Below, in pieces: positions 27,207-36,308 of a DNA stretch of 64,000 nucleotides; within the stretch, counting starts at the first letter, position 1, and each line of letters starts with the position of its first letter. The notes beneath the pieces were generated by a model. The model saw only the letters and a list, made by a program, of their open reading frames with translations, had not been told where the DNA came from and ran no database searches. The DNA comes from a bacterium UBP15_UBA6099 (GTDB taxonomy: Bacteria > UBP15 > UBA6099). The stretch spans positions 19,096 to 83,095 of the forward strand of contig DIWT01000004.1 of assembly GCA_002435745.1 (NCBI GenBank), written 5' to 3'. Both the position numbers and the translations under genes were made by a program.

Positions 27207-28175
27207 ATGGAATCCGAGCGCCGGGTTGGGTACAATATTCGGCGTATGCGCGAGCCTGTGTATGTCGAAACATATCGAAGCGGCCTGCTGAGAGAGCGGG
27301 TCGAGTCGGCGCGCGAGATTCTCAGGGAGTGCGCGCTGTGCCCGCGCGAATGCGGGGCGGATCGGCTTGCGGGCGAGACTGGGGTATGCCGCGCGGGGGC
27401 GGAGGCGCGCGTCGCAAGTTTTAATCTCCATCATGGCGAAGAGCCGCCCATCTCCGGCTCGAGAGGCAGCGGAACGATCTTTCTATCTCACTGCAATCTC
27501 AGATGCGTGTTCTGTCAGAACTATCCGATCAGCCACATGGGCAACGGGGTTCCAGCCCCGCCGCGCGAACTTGCGGACATGATGCTGAAGCTTCAGAAAC
27601 GCGGCGCGCACAACATTAACTTCGTCACGCCGACCCACTACATGCCGCAGATAATCGAGGCGTTGGAGATAGCCGTCGGGGACGGCCTGCGACTGCCCGT
27701 TGTTTACAACTGCGGCGGATACGAGTCGGTGGAAGCCGTGCGGATGCTGGAGGGGATAGTAGACGTGTATCTTCCGGATATAAAATACAGAAGCGCGGAG
27801 CCAGCCGAAGCGCTGTCGGGCGCGCCGGACTATTTCGAGCGTGCTTGCGCGGCAGTCAAGGAGATGTTCTCTCAGGTCGGCCTGCTGGAGACGGACGAAG
27901 AAGGCGTCGCCGTTCGCGGGCTGATAATCCGGCATCTTGTGTTGCCCGGCGGGCAGGCGGGCAGCAGGGAAGTATTTGAGTTCGTCGCTCGCGAGATTTC
28001 GCCGGATGTCAGCATGAGCGTAATGAGCCAGTATTTTCCGGCGCACGAGGCTCCGCTGAACTCGGCGGTGTCCCGGCGCGTGACGGTCGCCGAATATCAG
28101 GAAGCTCTGGACGCTCTGGAAGAAACAGGATTGACGAAGGGCTGGACGCAGAGCGATCCTGATTTGGAATACTAA
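27207..28175 (+). CDS. Radical SAM protein, PFL-activase-like (AmmeMemoRadiSam-type N-terminal Cys motif)
   Basis: CNLRCVFCQN (Cx3Cx2C) preceded by CALCPRECG and followed by a glycine-rich SAM site. Confidence 0.7.
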   Translation: MESERRVGYNIRRMREPVYVETYRSGLLRERVESAREILRECALCPRECGADRLAGETGVCRAGAEARVASFNLHHGEEPPISGSRGSGTIFLSHCNLRCVFCQNYPISHMGNGVPAPPRELADMMLKLQKRGAHNINFVTPTHYMPQIIEALEIAVGDGLRLPVVYNCGGYESVEAVRMLEGIVDVYLPDIKYRSAEPAEALSGAPDYFERACAAVKEMFSQVGLLETDEEGVAVRGLIIRHLVLPGGQAGSREVFEFVAREISPDVSMSVMSQYFPAHEAPLNSAVSRRVTVAEYQEALDALEETGLTKGWTQSDPDLEY

Positions 28176-28202
28176 AAGCGCGGGCAGCGCGGAAGGTTCG
28201 GC

Positions 28203-28763
28203 ATGGAAGACATTTCGCCTCTGGCGGTTGAAATCAGGGAGATGCGGCTGGACGATCTTGACCACGTCTACTGCATCGAGACGTCCGCGTATTCCAACCC
28301 ATGGCCGTTCCAGTCATTCGTAGACGAGCTGACCCGCAACCACTGGTCGCGCTATATCGTCGCCGAGTCGGAAGGGCAGATACGGGGATACGCGGGGATG
28401 TGGCTCATCGCAGGAGAGGCCCACATCACGAACATCGCCGTGGACTTCTCGTTCAGGCGGCGCATGGTAGGCGAACAGTTGCTGTTGCGCCTCATTGAAA
28501 TCGCCCTCGCGGAGGAGTGCTTTTCGATGTTCCTCGAAGTGAGGCGTTACAACCTTCCCGCGCAGCGGCTCTATTCGCGGTACAGGTTCAAGCCTATCCG
28601 CGTGCGAGAGAAATACTATCAGGACAATCTGGAAGACGCTATAGAGCTTAGGGTTGAGGACACTGCATCGTCGGATTTCGCCGATGCCTGCCGCGCGAGG
28701 CGTGCCGCGCTGACCGCCGCTCTTGGCAAGGAAGATTTTTACGACGGCGATTCCTCTTTCTGA
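28203..28763 (+). CDS. rimI: GNAT N-acetyltransferase, RimI-like
   Basis: The acetyl-CoA motif IAVDFSFRRRMVGEQLL (Q/RxxGxG/A-like) and overall RimI-like layout. Confidence 0.55.
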   Translation: MEDISPLAVEIREMRLDDLDHVYCIETSAYSNPWPFQSFVDELTRNHWSRYIVAESEGQIRGYAGMWLIAGEAHITNIAVDFSFRRRMVGEQLLLRLIEIALAEECFSMFLEVRRYNLPAQRLYSRYRFKPIRVREKYYQDNLEDAIELRVEDTASSDFADACRARRAALTAALGKEDFYDGDSSF

Positions 28764-28899
28764 CTTTCGAATATAATATCCTTAAGCTGTCGAGCGTCGA
28801 AAAAATTCGTTTTCTTGGAACTTATCGCGGCGGCGGGAAGTTAAACATTTCGACGGGCGAACAAAATTAACGCGCGAAAGCGTTTCGGGAGGAATTAAA

Positions 28900-29424
28900 A
28901 TGGCGGCGGAACTTCAATCTTCAAACTTCGACCAAGAGGTTATCAAGTCCTCGACCCCGGTGGTAGTGGATTTCAGCGCGGTGTGGTGCGGGCCTTGCAA
29001 GATGCTTGCTCCGGTGATAGACAAGCTGGCTAATGCTTACGAAGGCAAGGCTAAGGTTTTCAAGATGGACGTGGACAACTCGCGCGATATCGCCACGAAA
29101 TTCGGAATTCGGGGCGTGCCGACAGTCATATTCTTCAAGGGCGGAGCGGAGAAAGACAGAGTTGTGGGGCTGGTGCCATACGAAATGCTCGACAAAAAGC
29201 TTTCGGCTATGATTGAGACACCTGTGCCAGAAGCAATTAAATGTCCACAATGTCAATCAACACAAATAACATCCCAAGAAAAAGGATTCAGCTTGGGAAA
29301 AGCAGCTGCTGGCGGTGTTTTACTTGGTCCCGTTGGCTTATTGGGTGGAGTATTAGGAAGCAAAAAAATCAATGTTGTATGCTTAAATTGTGGGCATTCT
29401 TGGAGTCCGGACGCAAAAGAATAA
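28900..29424 (+). CDS. trxA: Thioredoxin with C-terminal zinc-ribbon-like extension (174 aa)
   Basis: WCGPCK active site and the Trx fold up to about residue 108. After that an AT-rich encoded tail carries CPQC...(Gly-rich hydrophobic)...CLNC. Confidence 0.8.
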   Translation: MAAELQSSNFDQEVIKSSTPVVVDFSAVWCGPCKMLAPVIDKLANAYEGKAKVFKMDVDNSRDIATKFGIRGVPTVIFFKGGAEKDRVVGLVPYEMLDKKLSAMIETPVPEAIKCPQCQSTQITSQEKGFSLGKAAAGGVLLGPVGLLGGVLGSKKINVVCLNCGHSWSPDAKE

Positions 29425-29546
29425 GAGGAAATGCCTATAGAAGACGCAAAAACGATCTGTTGAAAGCATCTTGATGCAATAATCAAACCAGATTCGTTAA
29501 GGCGATGGAAGACAATATAGTTGCGATATAGAGATAAAGTTGTCGT

Positions 29547-29840
29547 CTATATATCTTTCAGAGGTTTTGCGCTGTTGCATATAGCGGCAATTTCAACATA
29601 TCCGTCTTTGAGCCGATAGACGATTCTGTAATTTTTAAAAATTCTTTCCCTGATATTTTTATCTTCATATTCTGACAGAGCGCGGCCGGCCAAAGGGAAA
29701 TCCGGAATAGATTCAACGATTGCAATAATGCGTTTTGCGAAAAGAGCCGCATAATATTCGGAGTCTCTGGAAATGAATTCGCAGACGTCTTCAAGATCGG
29801 CAATGGCTCCCGGCGCCCATCTTATTCTTTTGATATCCAT
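29547..29840 (-). CDS. RelE/ParE-family type II toxin
   Basis: 97 aa with a RelE/ParE-like C-terminal half (IVYRLKDGYVEIAAI). It overlaps the upstream small ORF by 19 nt. Confidence 0.65.
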   Translation of the reverse strand: MDIKRIRWAPGAIADLEDVCEFISRDSEYYAALFAKRIIAIVESIPDFPLAGRALSEYEDKNIRERIFKNYRIVYRLKDGYVEIAAICNSAKPLKDI

Positions 29841-30022
29841 TTTGACATCCGTTTCTTGACATCATCATGAGCAATCCCTTTACCCTCTTCCAAGTCCTTC
29901 AAGCCGGAATCAACCTTTATCCTGAAATACAACTCAGCCATAACATCGTCCAATGTCGCGTCATCCGGCAGACGCTCAATGATACTTATCATCTGTTGTT
30001 TTATTCCGACCATTTCAATCAC
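29822..30022 (-). CDS. Putative antitoxin of the RelE/ParE module (66 aa)
   Basis: Small acidic protein immediately upstream of, and overlapping, the toxin gene. The LPDDATLDDVMAELYFR pattern matches addiction-module antitoxin components. Confidence 0.5.
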   Translation of the reverse strand: MIEMVGIKQQMISIIERLPDDATLDDVMAELYFRIKVDSGLKDLEEGKGIAHDDVKKRMSKWISKE

Positions 30023-30141
30023 CCCTTTATAAAATTATATATTATCTCTGCCGCTTCTCAAAGTGAAGTCCCGTCATGTCAAACTCGTATCTTGGAGCGC
30101 GATCAGAACTGCGATTTCACCCATAGATGTTTAGCGTTATA

Positions 30142-30170
30142 AACCCGAATCCTAATGCCGGATTCGGGTT
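30142..30170. terminator. Perfect 11-bp-stem hairpin aacccgaatcc-taatgcc-ggattcgggtt at the 3' end of relA/spoT
   Basis: Read directly. It lacks a clean U-tract, so it may be an mRNA stability element or boundary hairpin rather than a canonical terminator. Confidence 0.45.
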
Positions 30171-30174
30171 GAGG

Positions 30175-32337
30175 TTAAAGTTTTCTGCGGGCGGAGATTA
30201 CGTCAACGATGGAGGAGATGCGGGGGAGGATGCGGGAGACATCTTCGATGTCGCCGACTTCAAGGCGGATGGTGGTGAGCGCGGTGGTATCTTTCATTAT
30301 CTTGGAGGTCATTTCGACGACGTTGAGTTTGGCTTCGCTGATGACAGCGAGGATTTCCTGAAGCACGCCGACTCTGTCGATGGAGTTGATCTCGATTTCG
30401 GCGATGTAGAGGTTGCCTGAGGTCTCGCCCCATTTGACGGGGACGATGCGGTCGCCGGACTCGACGAAGGAGCGGACATTCGGGCACTGGGAGCGATGAA
30501 TGGCGAGGCCGCGCCCACGCGTGACGAAACCGACGATGGGGTCTCCGGGGGCGGGAAAACAGCATTTGGGGAACGATACCATGACGTCGGGCAGTCCCTC
30601 GACGATTACGTCCTGTTTTCTGCTTTTGCGGATTGTGGTTCTGGCGCGAGCCGCGCCGCGCGCAGCAGGCTCCTCGACCGCCAGCAGTTCGCGGTAAGCG
30701 CGTCTGTATCTTTCCATCACCGCGCCGAGGGAGATGTCTCCGCAGCCGAGCGCGGCGTGAAAGTCGTCTTCCGATTTGAAGCTGAACGATTCGAGAAAAT
30801 CCTCGATGTCGATTTTTTCCAGCAGGTCTTCGCGTTTGAGGCCCGCGCGCTGAAGCTCCCGATGGAGCATCATTCTTCCCTGAACGATGTTTTCGTCGCG
30901 GTCCTGTTTTTTGAACCAAGCGCGGATTTTGTTTCTGGCCTGAGGGCTGACGGCGAAGCGGAGCCAGTCTCGGCTGGGCGAGCCTGTTTTGGATGTGAGG
31001 ATTTCGACGACGTCGCCGTTGCGGAGCTTCTGGTCTAGGGTGGAGATGCGCCCGTTGATTTTTGCGCCTCGGCAGGTGTGTCCGACCTGCGTGTGGATGT
31101 CATACGCGAAGTCGACTGGGGTGGCCCCGGCGGGCAGCGAGATCACTTTGCCCAGCGGGGTGACGGTGTAGACGGTGGTCCCGGCGTCGACGGAGATGTC
31201 TTCGGAGCGGTTGTGGGCGGCCTGAGCGGTCTCCGACGCGGACGCCATTTTGCGCACCCATCCGACAGTGTCATCGTCCGCCTCTCTTTTTCCCTGAGCT
31301 TTTTCCTTGTACTGGAAGTGGGCGGCGACGCCGTACTCGGCCAGCATGTGCATCTCCCACGTGCGGATCTGCACTTCGACCGGCTGGTTGTTCGGCGCTA
31401 TCACCACGGTGTGGATGCTCTTGTAGCCGTTCGGCTTCGGCTCTGCGATGTAGTTGTCGAACTCGTCAGGGATGGGCGTCCACAGCATGTGCAGCAGGGC
31501 GAGGACTCGGTAGCAGTCTTCGACGGTGTTGGCGATGATGCGGACGGCGGCCAGATCGAACAGTTGGTCGAAGTCCTTGTTCTGCCGGAGCATCTTCAGG
31601 TATGTGCTGTAGAGTCTTTTAGTGCGGCCTGTGATGTGCACTTTGAGGTCGTGCTCTTTGAATATGCCGCGAAGGAGGGAGACGACGCGGTTGATGGCTT
31701 CTTCGCGCTGGGCGGCGGACTCGTCGGCCTGCCGCTTCAGCCTATTGAACTCCGCCGGGAAAAGGAACTCGAAACAGAGGTCTTCCAGTTCGGATTTGAG
31801 CTGAGACATACCGAGCCTGTGGGCGAGAGGAGTGTAAATGTCGATGGATTCCTGAGCGAAGTTGTCGCGGCCCTCTGCGGGCGCGTTTTTGAGATGCCGC
31901 ATCAGGTCGAGCCGGGAGGCGAGCTTGATCAGAAGGAGCCTGACGTCCTGAGACATGGCGACCATAAGCTCGCTGAGTTGTGTGGCGCGGGCGCGTTCCT
32001 CGGCGGAGAAATGCAGCGAGCGCATCTGGGCGAGACCGCGCGCGAGCGCGGCGGCTTCCGGGCCGACTGCGGACTGGACGCGGGCGGCTGCTTTTTCGCC
32101 CCCGATGTCCGCCGTTCCCATCAGTATCGTCGCCGCGAGCGTGTTCGCGTCCATTGAAAGAGATGTGAGCGTGAGAGCCGCTTCAAGGCAGTGTTCGAGC
32201 AGGGGTCGCCCGTCGGGGGTCGCGCGTGACGCGTAGATGTCTGCCGCCGTCTCAAAGGCGCGGTCGAGAAGGGACGCATCCGCCGAGGGGTCGTATCCGG
32301 CGAGGTTCCGTTTGATTTTGTCCAGAAGCGTTTTCAT
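30175..32337 (-). CDS. relA: Bifunctional (p)ppGpp synthetase/hydrolase RelA/SpoT (HD-RelA_SpoT-TGS-ACT)
   Basis: An HD hydrolase N-terminus, a synthetase block (RTKRLYSTYLKM...DLAAVRII), a TGS region and a C-terminal ACT domain. 720 aa. Confidence 0.9.
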   Translation of the reverse strand: MKTLLDKIKRNLAGYDPSADASLLDRAFETAADIYASRATPDGRPLLEHCLEAALTLTSLSMDANTLAATILMGTADIGGEKAAARVQSAVGPEAAALARGLAQMRSLHFSAEERARATQLSELMVAMSQDVRLLLIKLASRLDLMRHLKNAPAEGRDNFAQESIDIYTPLAHRLGMSQLKSELEDLCFEFLFPAEFNRLKRQADESAAQREEAINRVVSLLRGIFKEHDLKVHITGRTKRLYSTYLKMLRQNKDFDQLFDLAAVRIIANTVEDCYRVLALLHMLWTPIPDEFDNYIAEPKPNGYKSIHTVVIAPNNQPVEVQIRTWEMHMLAEYGVAAHFQYKEKAQGKREADDDTVGWVRKMASASETAQAAHNRSEDISVDAGTTVYTVTPLGKVISLPAGATPVDFAYDIHTQVGHTCRGAKINGRISTLDQKLRNGDVVEILTSKTGSPSRDWLRFAVSPQARNKIRAWFKKQDRDENIVQGRMMLHRELQRAGLKREDLLEKIDIEDFLESFSFKSEDDFHAALGCGDISLGAVMERYRRAYRELLAVEEPAARGAARARTTIRKSRKQDVIVEGLPDVMVSFPKCCFPAPGDPIVGFVTRGRGLAIHRSQCPNVRSFVESGDRIVPVKWGETSGNLYIAEIEINSIDRVGVLQEILAVISEAKLNVVEMTSKIMKDTTALTTIRLEVGDIEDVSRILPRISSIVDVISARRKL

Positions 32338-32413
32338 AGGTTTATTTATTAGACATTATAAAGCCTTTGGCGTTCCCGCGTCCTTAATGAAAATAATTTC
32401 GGGTCGGCGCGGA

Positions 32414-32926
32414 TCAGAAGCAGAGCAGGGAGAACGCGTCGCAGTCGCCGAGGGCGGCGCGGCCGTTGAGAGATTCAAGCTCGATGACGAAGGCGCAAGA
32501 GGCTACGGTCGCGCCCAGTTCGCGGACGAGAGCTATGGCGGCCGCGGCTGTGCCTCCGGTGGCCAAAAGGTCGTCCACAATCAGAACCCGGTCTTCCGGC
32601 CCCAGCGCGTCCTTGTGAATCTCTATGCTGTCCGTCCCGTATTCGAGAGCATATTCCTTCTTTGCGGTTTCTGCGGGAAGTTTGCCGGGCTTGCGGGCGG
32701 GAACGAACCCGGCTCCGAGGGCGAGCGCCACTGGCGCTCCGAAGATGAATCCACGCGATTCTATGCCGACGACTTTGGTGATTTTTTCATTCTTGAATTC
32801 GTCGGACAGGAGATTGACGCATTCGGCGAACGCGGCTGAGTCTTTCAGCATCGTCGTGATGTCTCTGAACATAATCCCCGGTTTCGGGAAGTCCGGGATG
32901 GCTCGGATGACTTCGGAAAGATTCAT
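32414..32926 (-). CDS. apt: Adenine phosphoribosyltransferase
   Basis: The PRPP-binding motif VLIVDDLLATGGT, the typical 170 aa length, and an AAAGGAG RBS. Confidence 0.9.
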   Translation of the reverse strand: MNLSEVIRAIPDFPKPGIMFRDITTMLKDSAAFAECVNLLSDEFKNEKITKVVGIESRGFIFGAPVALALGAGFVPARKPGKLPAETAKKEYALEYGTDSIEIHKDALGPEDRVLIVDDLLATGGTAAAAIALVRELGATVASCAFVIELESLNGRAALGDCDAFSLLCF

Positions 32927-32949
32927 GTTGCGCTCCTTTCGGCGGAGTT

Positions 32950-34701
32950 TTATTTTCTTATGTCTTTAAGATGCAGTTTCGGTTTGGGCCTGCCCCCGAA
33001 CGCGTCTTCTTTCAGGACGTAGGCGATGTCGATGCTCTCGCCCATAAGCTGGTCGGGGGACCAGTTGTTGCAGAACCTGAACCCGATGCAATCCTGAACG
33101 GAGTTGCCTTTGCCGACGCGGATTTGCAGATGGCTGTTGTCTGCGCCGACGGCGCGGCACATCAGGACTGCGACGCCGATGGAGGCGAAGACAGGTTCCG
33201 GGTTGCCGACGCCGAAGGGTTTGAGCCTGCGGCACTGGCGGATGAGCTCGAGGTTGGCCGAATTGAGGGAGAGTTCGGCGTCGATGCGAAGGTCTGACGC
33301 GGCGGCCCGGCCTTCGGCGCTCTGCGCGGCCATGCGGTTCATTTCGGCCTTGAAGGCCGGGATGTTTTTCTCGTAAATTTTCATGCCCGCCGCAAGAGCG
33401 TGCCCGCCGAAAGTTATCAGCAGATCGGAGCAGGCGGACAGGGCCTGAAACACGTCGAATCCGGGGACGCTGCGCATTGTTGCTTGGCAGACGCGGCCCA
33501 GCTCCGGGTGGGGCGATTTCATGTCTAGCGGGTTTTTCGACAGGGTGGCCAGAGCGACGGGCCGACGTCGGGTCTCCATCAGTTTCGAGGCCACAACGCC
33601 CATGATGCCGATCTGCCATGACGGGTCGAACATGACGATAAACGAGCCGCCGCCGGCGTCGTCGGACGACTTGATGGCCGCCGCCGCGCTCTCGAAGACG
33701 CGGTTTTCCTGAACCATGCGGCGTTTGTTCTGGTCGTCGAGTTTGCGGGCGAGCAGCCGGGCGCGCTCAGGGGATTTCGCCAGCAAAAGCTCGACGCCCG
33801 CGCGCGGCCTCCACACGCGGCCCGCCGCGTTTATCCGGGGAGCCAGCCCGAAACTGATGTGGTCCGTCTCCATTTCCGTCCGCTCGCCTATGCCCGCCAC
33901 TTCCAGCAGGCTGTATATGCCGAGATGTCGGCTCTTGGGCATCTTTGCCAGCCCGTAGTTTGCGAAAAACCTGTTCTCATCGACAAGCGGAACCATGTCC
34001 GCCACAGTGCCGAGCGCCACGAACTCGCCATATCTTTCCAGCATGGTTTCCATCGGGACGCCGCGTGCCTCGCCGACGGCGGCGGCCAGCTTGAATGCCA
34101 CGCCGACCCCCGCAAGCTCTCTGAAGGGGTATTGCGAGTCGGCTCGTTTGGGATTTATCACAGCCACCGCGTCCGGCAGTTGCTCCGGCGGCTCGTGGTG
34201 GTCTGTGACTATGACGTCCACCCCAAGCTCTCTGGCGAGTTGGATTTCCTTGAAGGCGGTAACTCCGGTGTCTACGGTGATGACAAGGCCGTAGCCCGCC
34301 GTGCCGGTTTTCCTGACGACGTCGGAACTGATGCCGTAGCCTTCGATGTCGCGTTCGGGGATGTAGTAGCGGACGTGGCCGCCGAGGGATTCGAGGAAGG
34401 AGACGAGCAGGGCGGTCGAGGTGATGCCGTCCACGTCGTAGTCGCCGAAAATGAGGATGCGCTCGTGATTGTCGAGCGCGCGCAGGACCCGCTCCACCGC
34501 CGGGGCCATATCGTGAAAAAGGGCGGAGGCGTGCATGTCGTCCGCCGATGGGTTCATGAAAGCGAGAGCATTATCGACGGAAGAGATGCCCCGGTTGGCG
34601 AGAGCGCGCGCCGCCGGTTCGGGCATCTCGAGCTTATTGCTCAAGTTTTTCGCGACGGCTGTGTCGGGGTCGCGAAACTGCCAGTTGTATAAAGATTTCA
34701 T
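32950..34701 (-). CDS. recJ: Single-stranded-DNA-specific exonuclease RecJ
   Basis: DHH motifs (ILIFGDYDVDGITS; TDHH) and a DHHA1 region. 583 aa. Confidence 0.85.
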   Translation of the reverse strand: MKSLYNWQFRDPDTAVAKNLSNKLEMPEPAARALANRGISSVDNALAFMNPSADDMHASALFHDMAPAVERVLRALDNHERILIFGDYDVDGITSTALLVSFLESLGGHVRYYIPERDIEGYGISSDVVRKTGTAGYGLVITVDTGVTAFKEIQLARELGVDVIVTDHHEPPEQLPDAVAVINPKRADSQYPFRELAGVGVAFKLAAAVGEARGVPMETMLERYGEFVALGTVADMVPLVDENRFFANYGLAKMPKSRHLGIYSLLEVAGIGERTEMETDHISFGLAPRINAAGRVWRPRAGVELLLAKSPERARLLARKLDDQNKRRMVQENRVFESAAAAIKSSDDAGGGSFIVMFDPSWQIGIMGVVASKLMETRRRPVALATLSKNPLDMKSPHPELGRVCQATMRSVPGFDVFQALSACSDLLITFGGHALAAGMKIYEKNIPAFKAEMNRMAAQSAEGRAAASDLRIDAELSLNSANLELIRQCRRLKPFGVGNPEPVFASIGVAVLMCRAVGADNSHLQIRVGKGNSVQDCIGFRFCNNWSPDQLMGESIDIAYVLKEDAFGGRPKPKLHLKDIRK

Positions 34702-34930
34702 TTTGCTGCGGCTGCGCCGGGCGCTCGGCTTGGAGGCGGAGCTTCTGACTGCGGCTTGCGGGTTTCAAAGGCGGAGTCGCTCATCGATGTTTAGATGCCT
34801 TGAGCGTCGGGGGCAAAGACTTTATCGAGAGTCGGAATTCGTCCCGGCGATGGTCGTCCTTTCGATTTATATAAAAACGAATTGTAAACTTATTCAGGAG
34901 ACGCGCCCCGGGGCGCGCCCGCGCCCGGCG

Positions 34931-36277
34931 TTACCGCCTGCGCTGTTTGCCGTGCTTCTTATTGTCTTTCTTCTTTTTGTCGTCTTCCGCCGAGTCCTGA
35001 GAAGCGGTCTGGGGCGCGCGCGGGGCGGACGCCGCCGGAGCGGCTTTCTCCCGCCTTGTTTCTCTTTCCTGAACCGGGGCCGGAGCGGAGGCTTTCTTCG
35101 ACTTGCTACCGGCCGTCTGCGGCGCGCTTGCCGCTCCCTTCTTCGACTCGAACGTCTTGAACAGATACACCAGCGGAGCGGCTAGGAATATCGACGAGTA
35201 TCCGCCCGCGAACACTCCCACGCACATGCCGAGCGCGAAGTCTTTTATGCTTTGTCCGCCGAGCAGCAGGATGGCCACTATAGCCATCTGCGTCGTCAAC
35301 ATGGTGTTTATCGAACGCGCCATGGTTTCCCAAAGACTCATGTTCACCACGGCGTCGAGCGACATCTTTTTGTTTTTCCTTATGTTTTCCCTCATCCGGT
35401 CGAAGATGACTATCGTGTCGTTTATGGAGTAACCGAAAACGGTGAGGATTATCGCAACGAACGCGCTGTTCACTTCAAGCTGGAAAATCGAGTAGAAGCC
35501 GATGGTGATGATGCAGTCGTGGAGCAGGGCGATGATGCCCGCTATGGCGTACCAGAACTCGAACCTGATGGAAATGTAGATAAGCATGCACACGATCGCG
35601 ATGATGAGAGCGGTCGCGGCGTTATTGCGAAGCTCAATCCCGAACACCGGGTCCACTTTGTCCTCGCGGGTGAACTGGCGGAATCCGCCAAGCCCGTCAT
35701 AGAGGGCGGTCGCGAGTTTCTTCTGATCCTCTTTTTTATCTATTCCGTTGAATCTGAAAGACATATTATAGCGGAGCGCGTCGCCTTCTTCAGTCGGCGG
35801 GATTTCTTCCATGTCGATCAAGGTGACAGCGTCTTCCGGAAAGCCGGCTTTTTTAAGTATGTCTTTGAGTTTGGAGGCTTTTATCTGGTCCTGCATCCGG
35901 AGGAGCTTGAAGGAGGCCGGGTCGATCTCGTGGAACTCGACGTTGAAAGCGATGAGCAGGGAGCGGATTTTCTCGCCGAATGCGATGGCTTTTTGGGGGT
36001 CGGCGAACTCTTCCGTCTTGACGGTGAACTCGTAGCCGCCGGCCATTATCTGCACAGGATTGTGTTTGATGTCGAAGGGAGCCATGACTTTTTCGACGTC
36101 GGCTGTTTTCACCGGGACGCCCGTCTGGAACCAAAGTATGCGCCCGCCGGTGAAGTCGATGCCGTAGTTGAGCTTGCGGATCCCTAGGGACGCCAGCCCG
36201 GTCGTCACCAATAAAATCGCGATGGCGAACCACACGTAGCGGGTTTTTATGAAGTCTAATCTGATTCTGGTCTGCAC
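34931..36277 (-). CDS. secF: Protein translocase subunit SecF with ~90-aa basic Lys/Ala/Pro-rich C-terminal tail
   Basis: The SecF TM core (LNYGIDFTGG ... SINDTIVIFDRMREN) plus a tail KKGAASAPQTAGSKSKK...KKKKDNKKHGKQRRR. The RBS is GGGAGG. Confidence 0.85.
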   Translation of the reverse strand: MQTRIRLDFIKTRYVWFAIAILLVTTGLASLGIRKLNYGIDFTGGRILWFQTGVPVKTADVEKVMAPFDIKHNPVQIMAGGYEFTVKTEEFADPQKAIAFGEKIRSLLIAFNVEFHEIDPASFKLLRMQDQIKASKLKDILKKAGFPEDAVTLIDMEEIPPTEEGDALRYNMSFRFNGIDKKEDQKKLATALYDGLGGFRQFTREDKVDPVFGIELRNNAATALIIAIVCMLIYISIRFEFWYAIAGIIALLHDCIITIGFYSIFQLEVNSAFVAIILTVFGYSINDTIVIFDRMRENIRKNKKMSLDAVVNMSLWETMARSINTMLTTQMAIVAILLLGGQSIKDFALGMCVGVFAGGYSSIFLAAPLVYLFKTFESKKGAASAPQTAGSKSKKASAPAPVQERETRREKAAPAASAPRAPQTASQDSAEDDKKKKDNKKHGKQRRR

Positions 36278-36308
36278 TTTTTAAAGCCTCCCGTCAATCT
36301 TCGAAATG

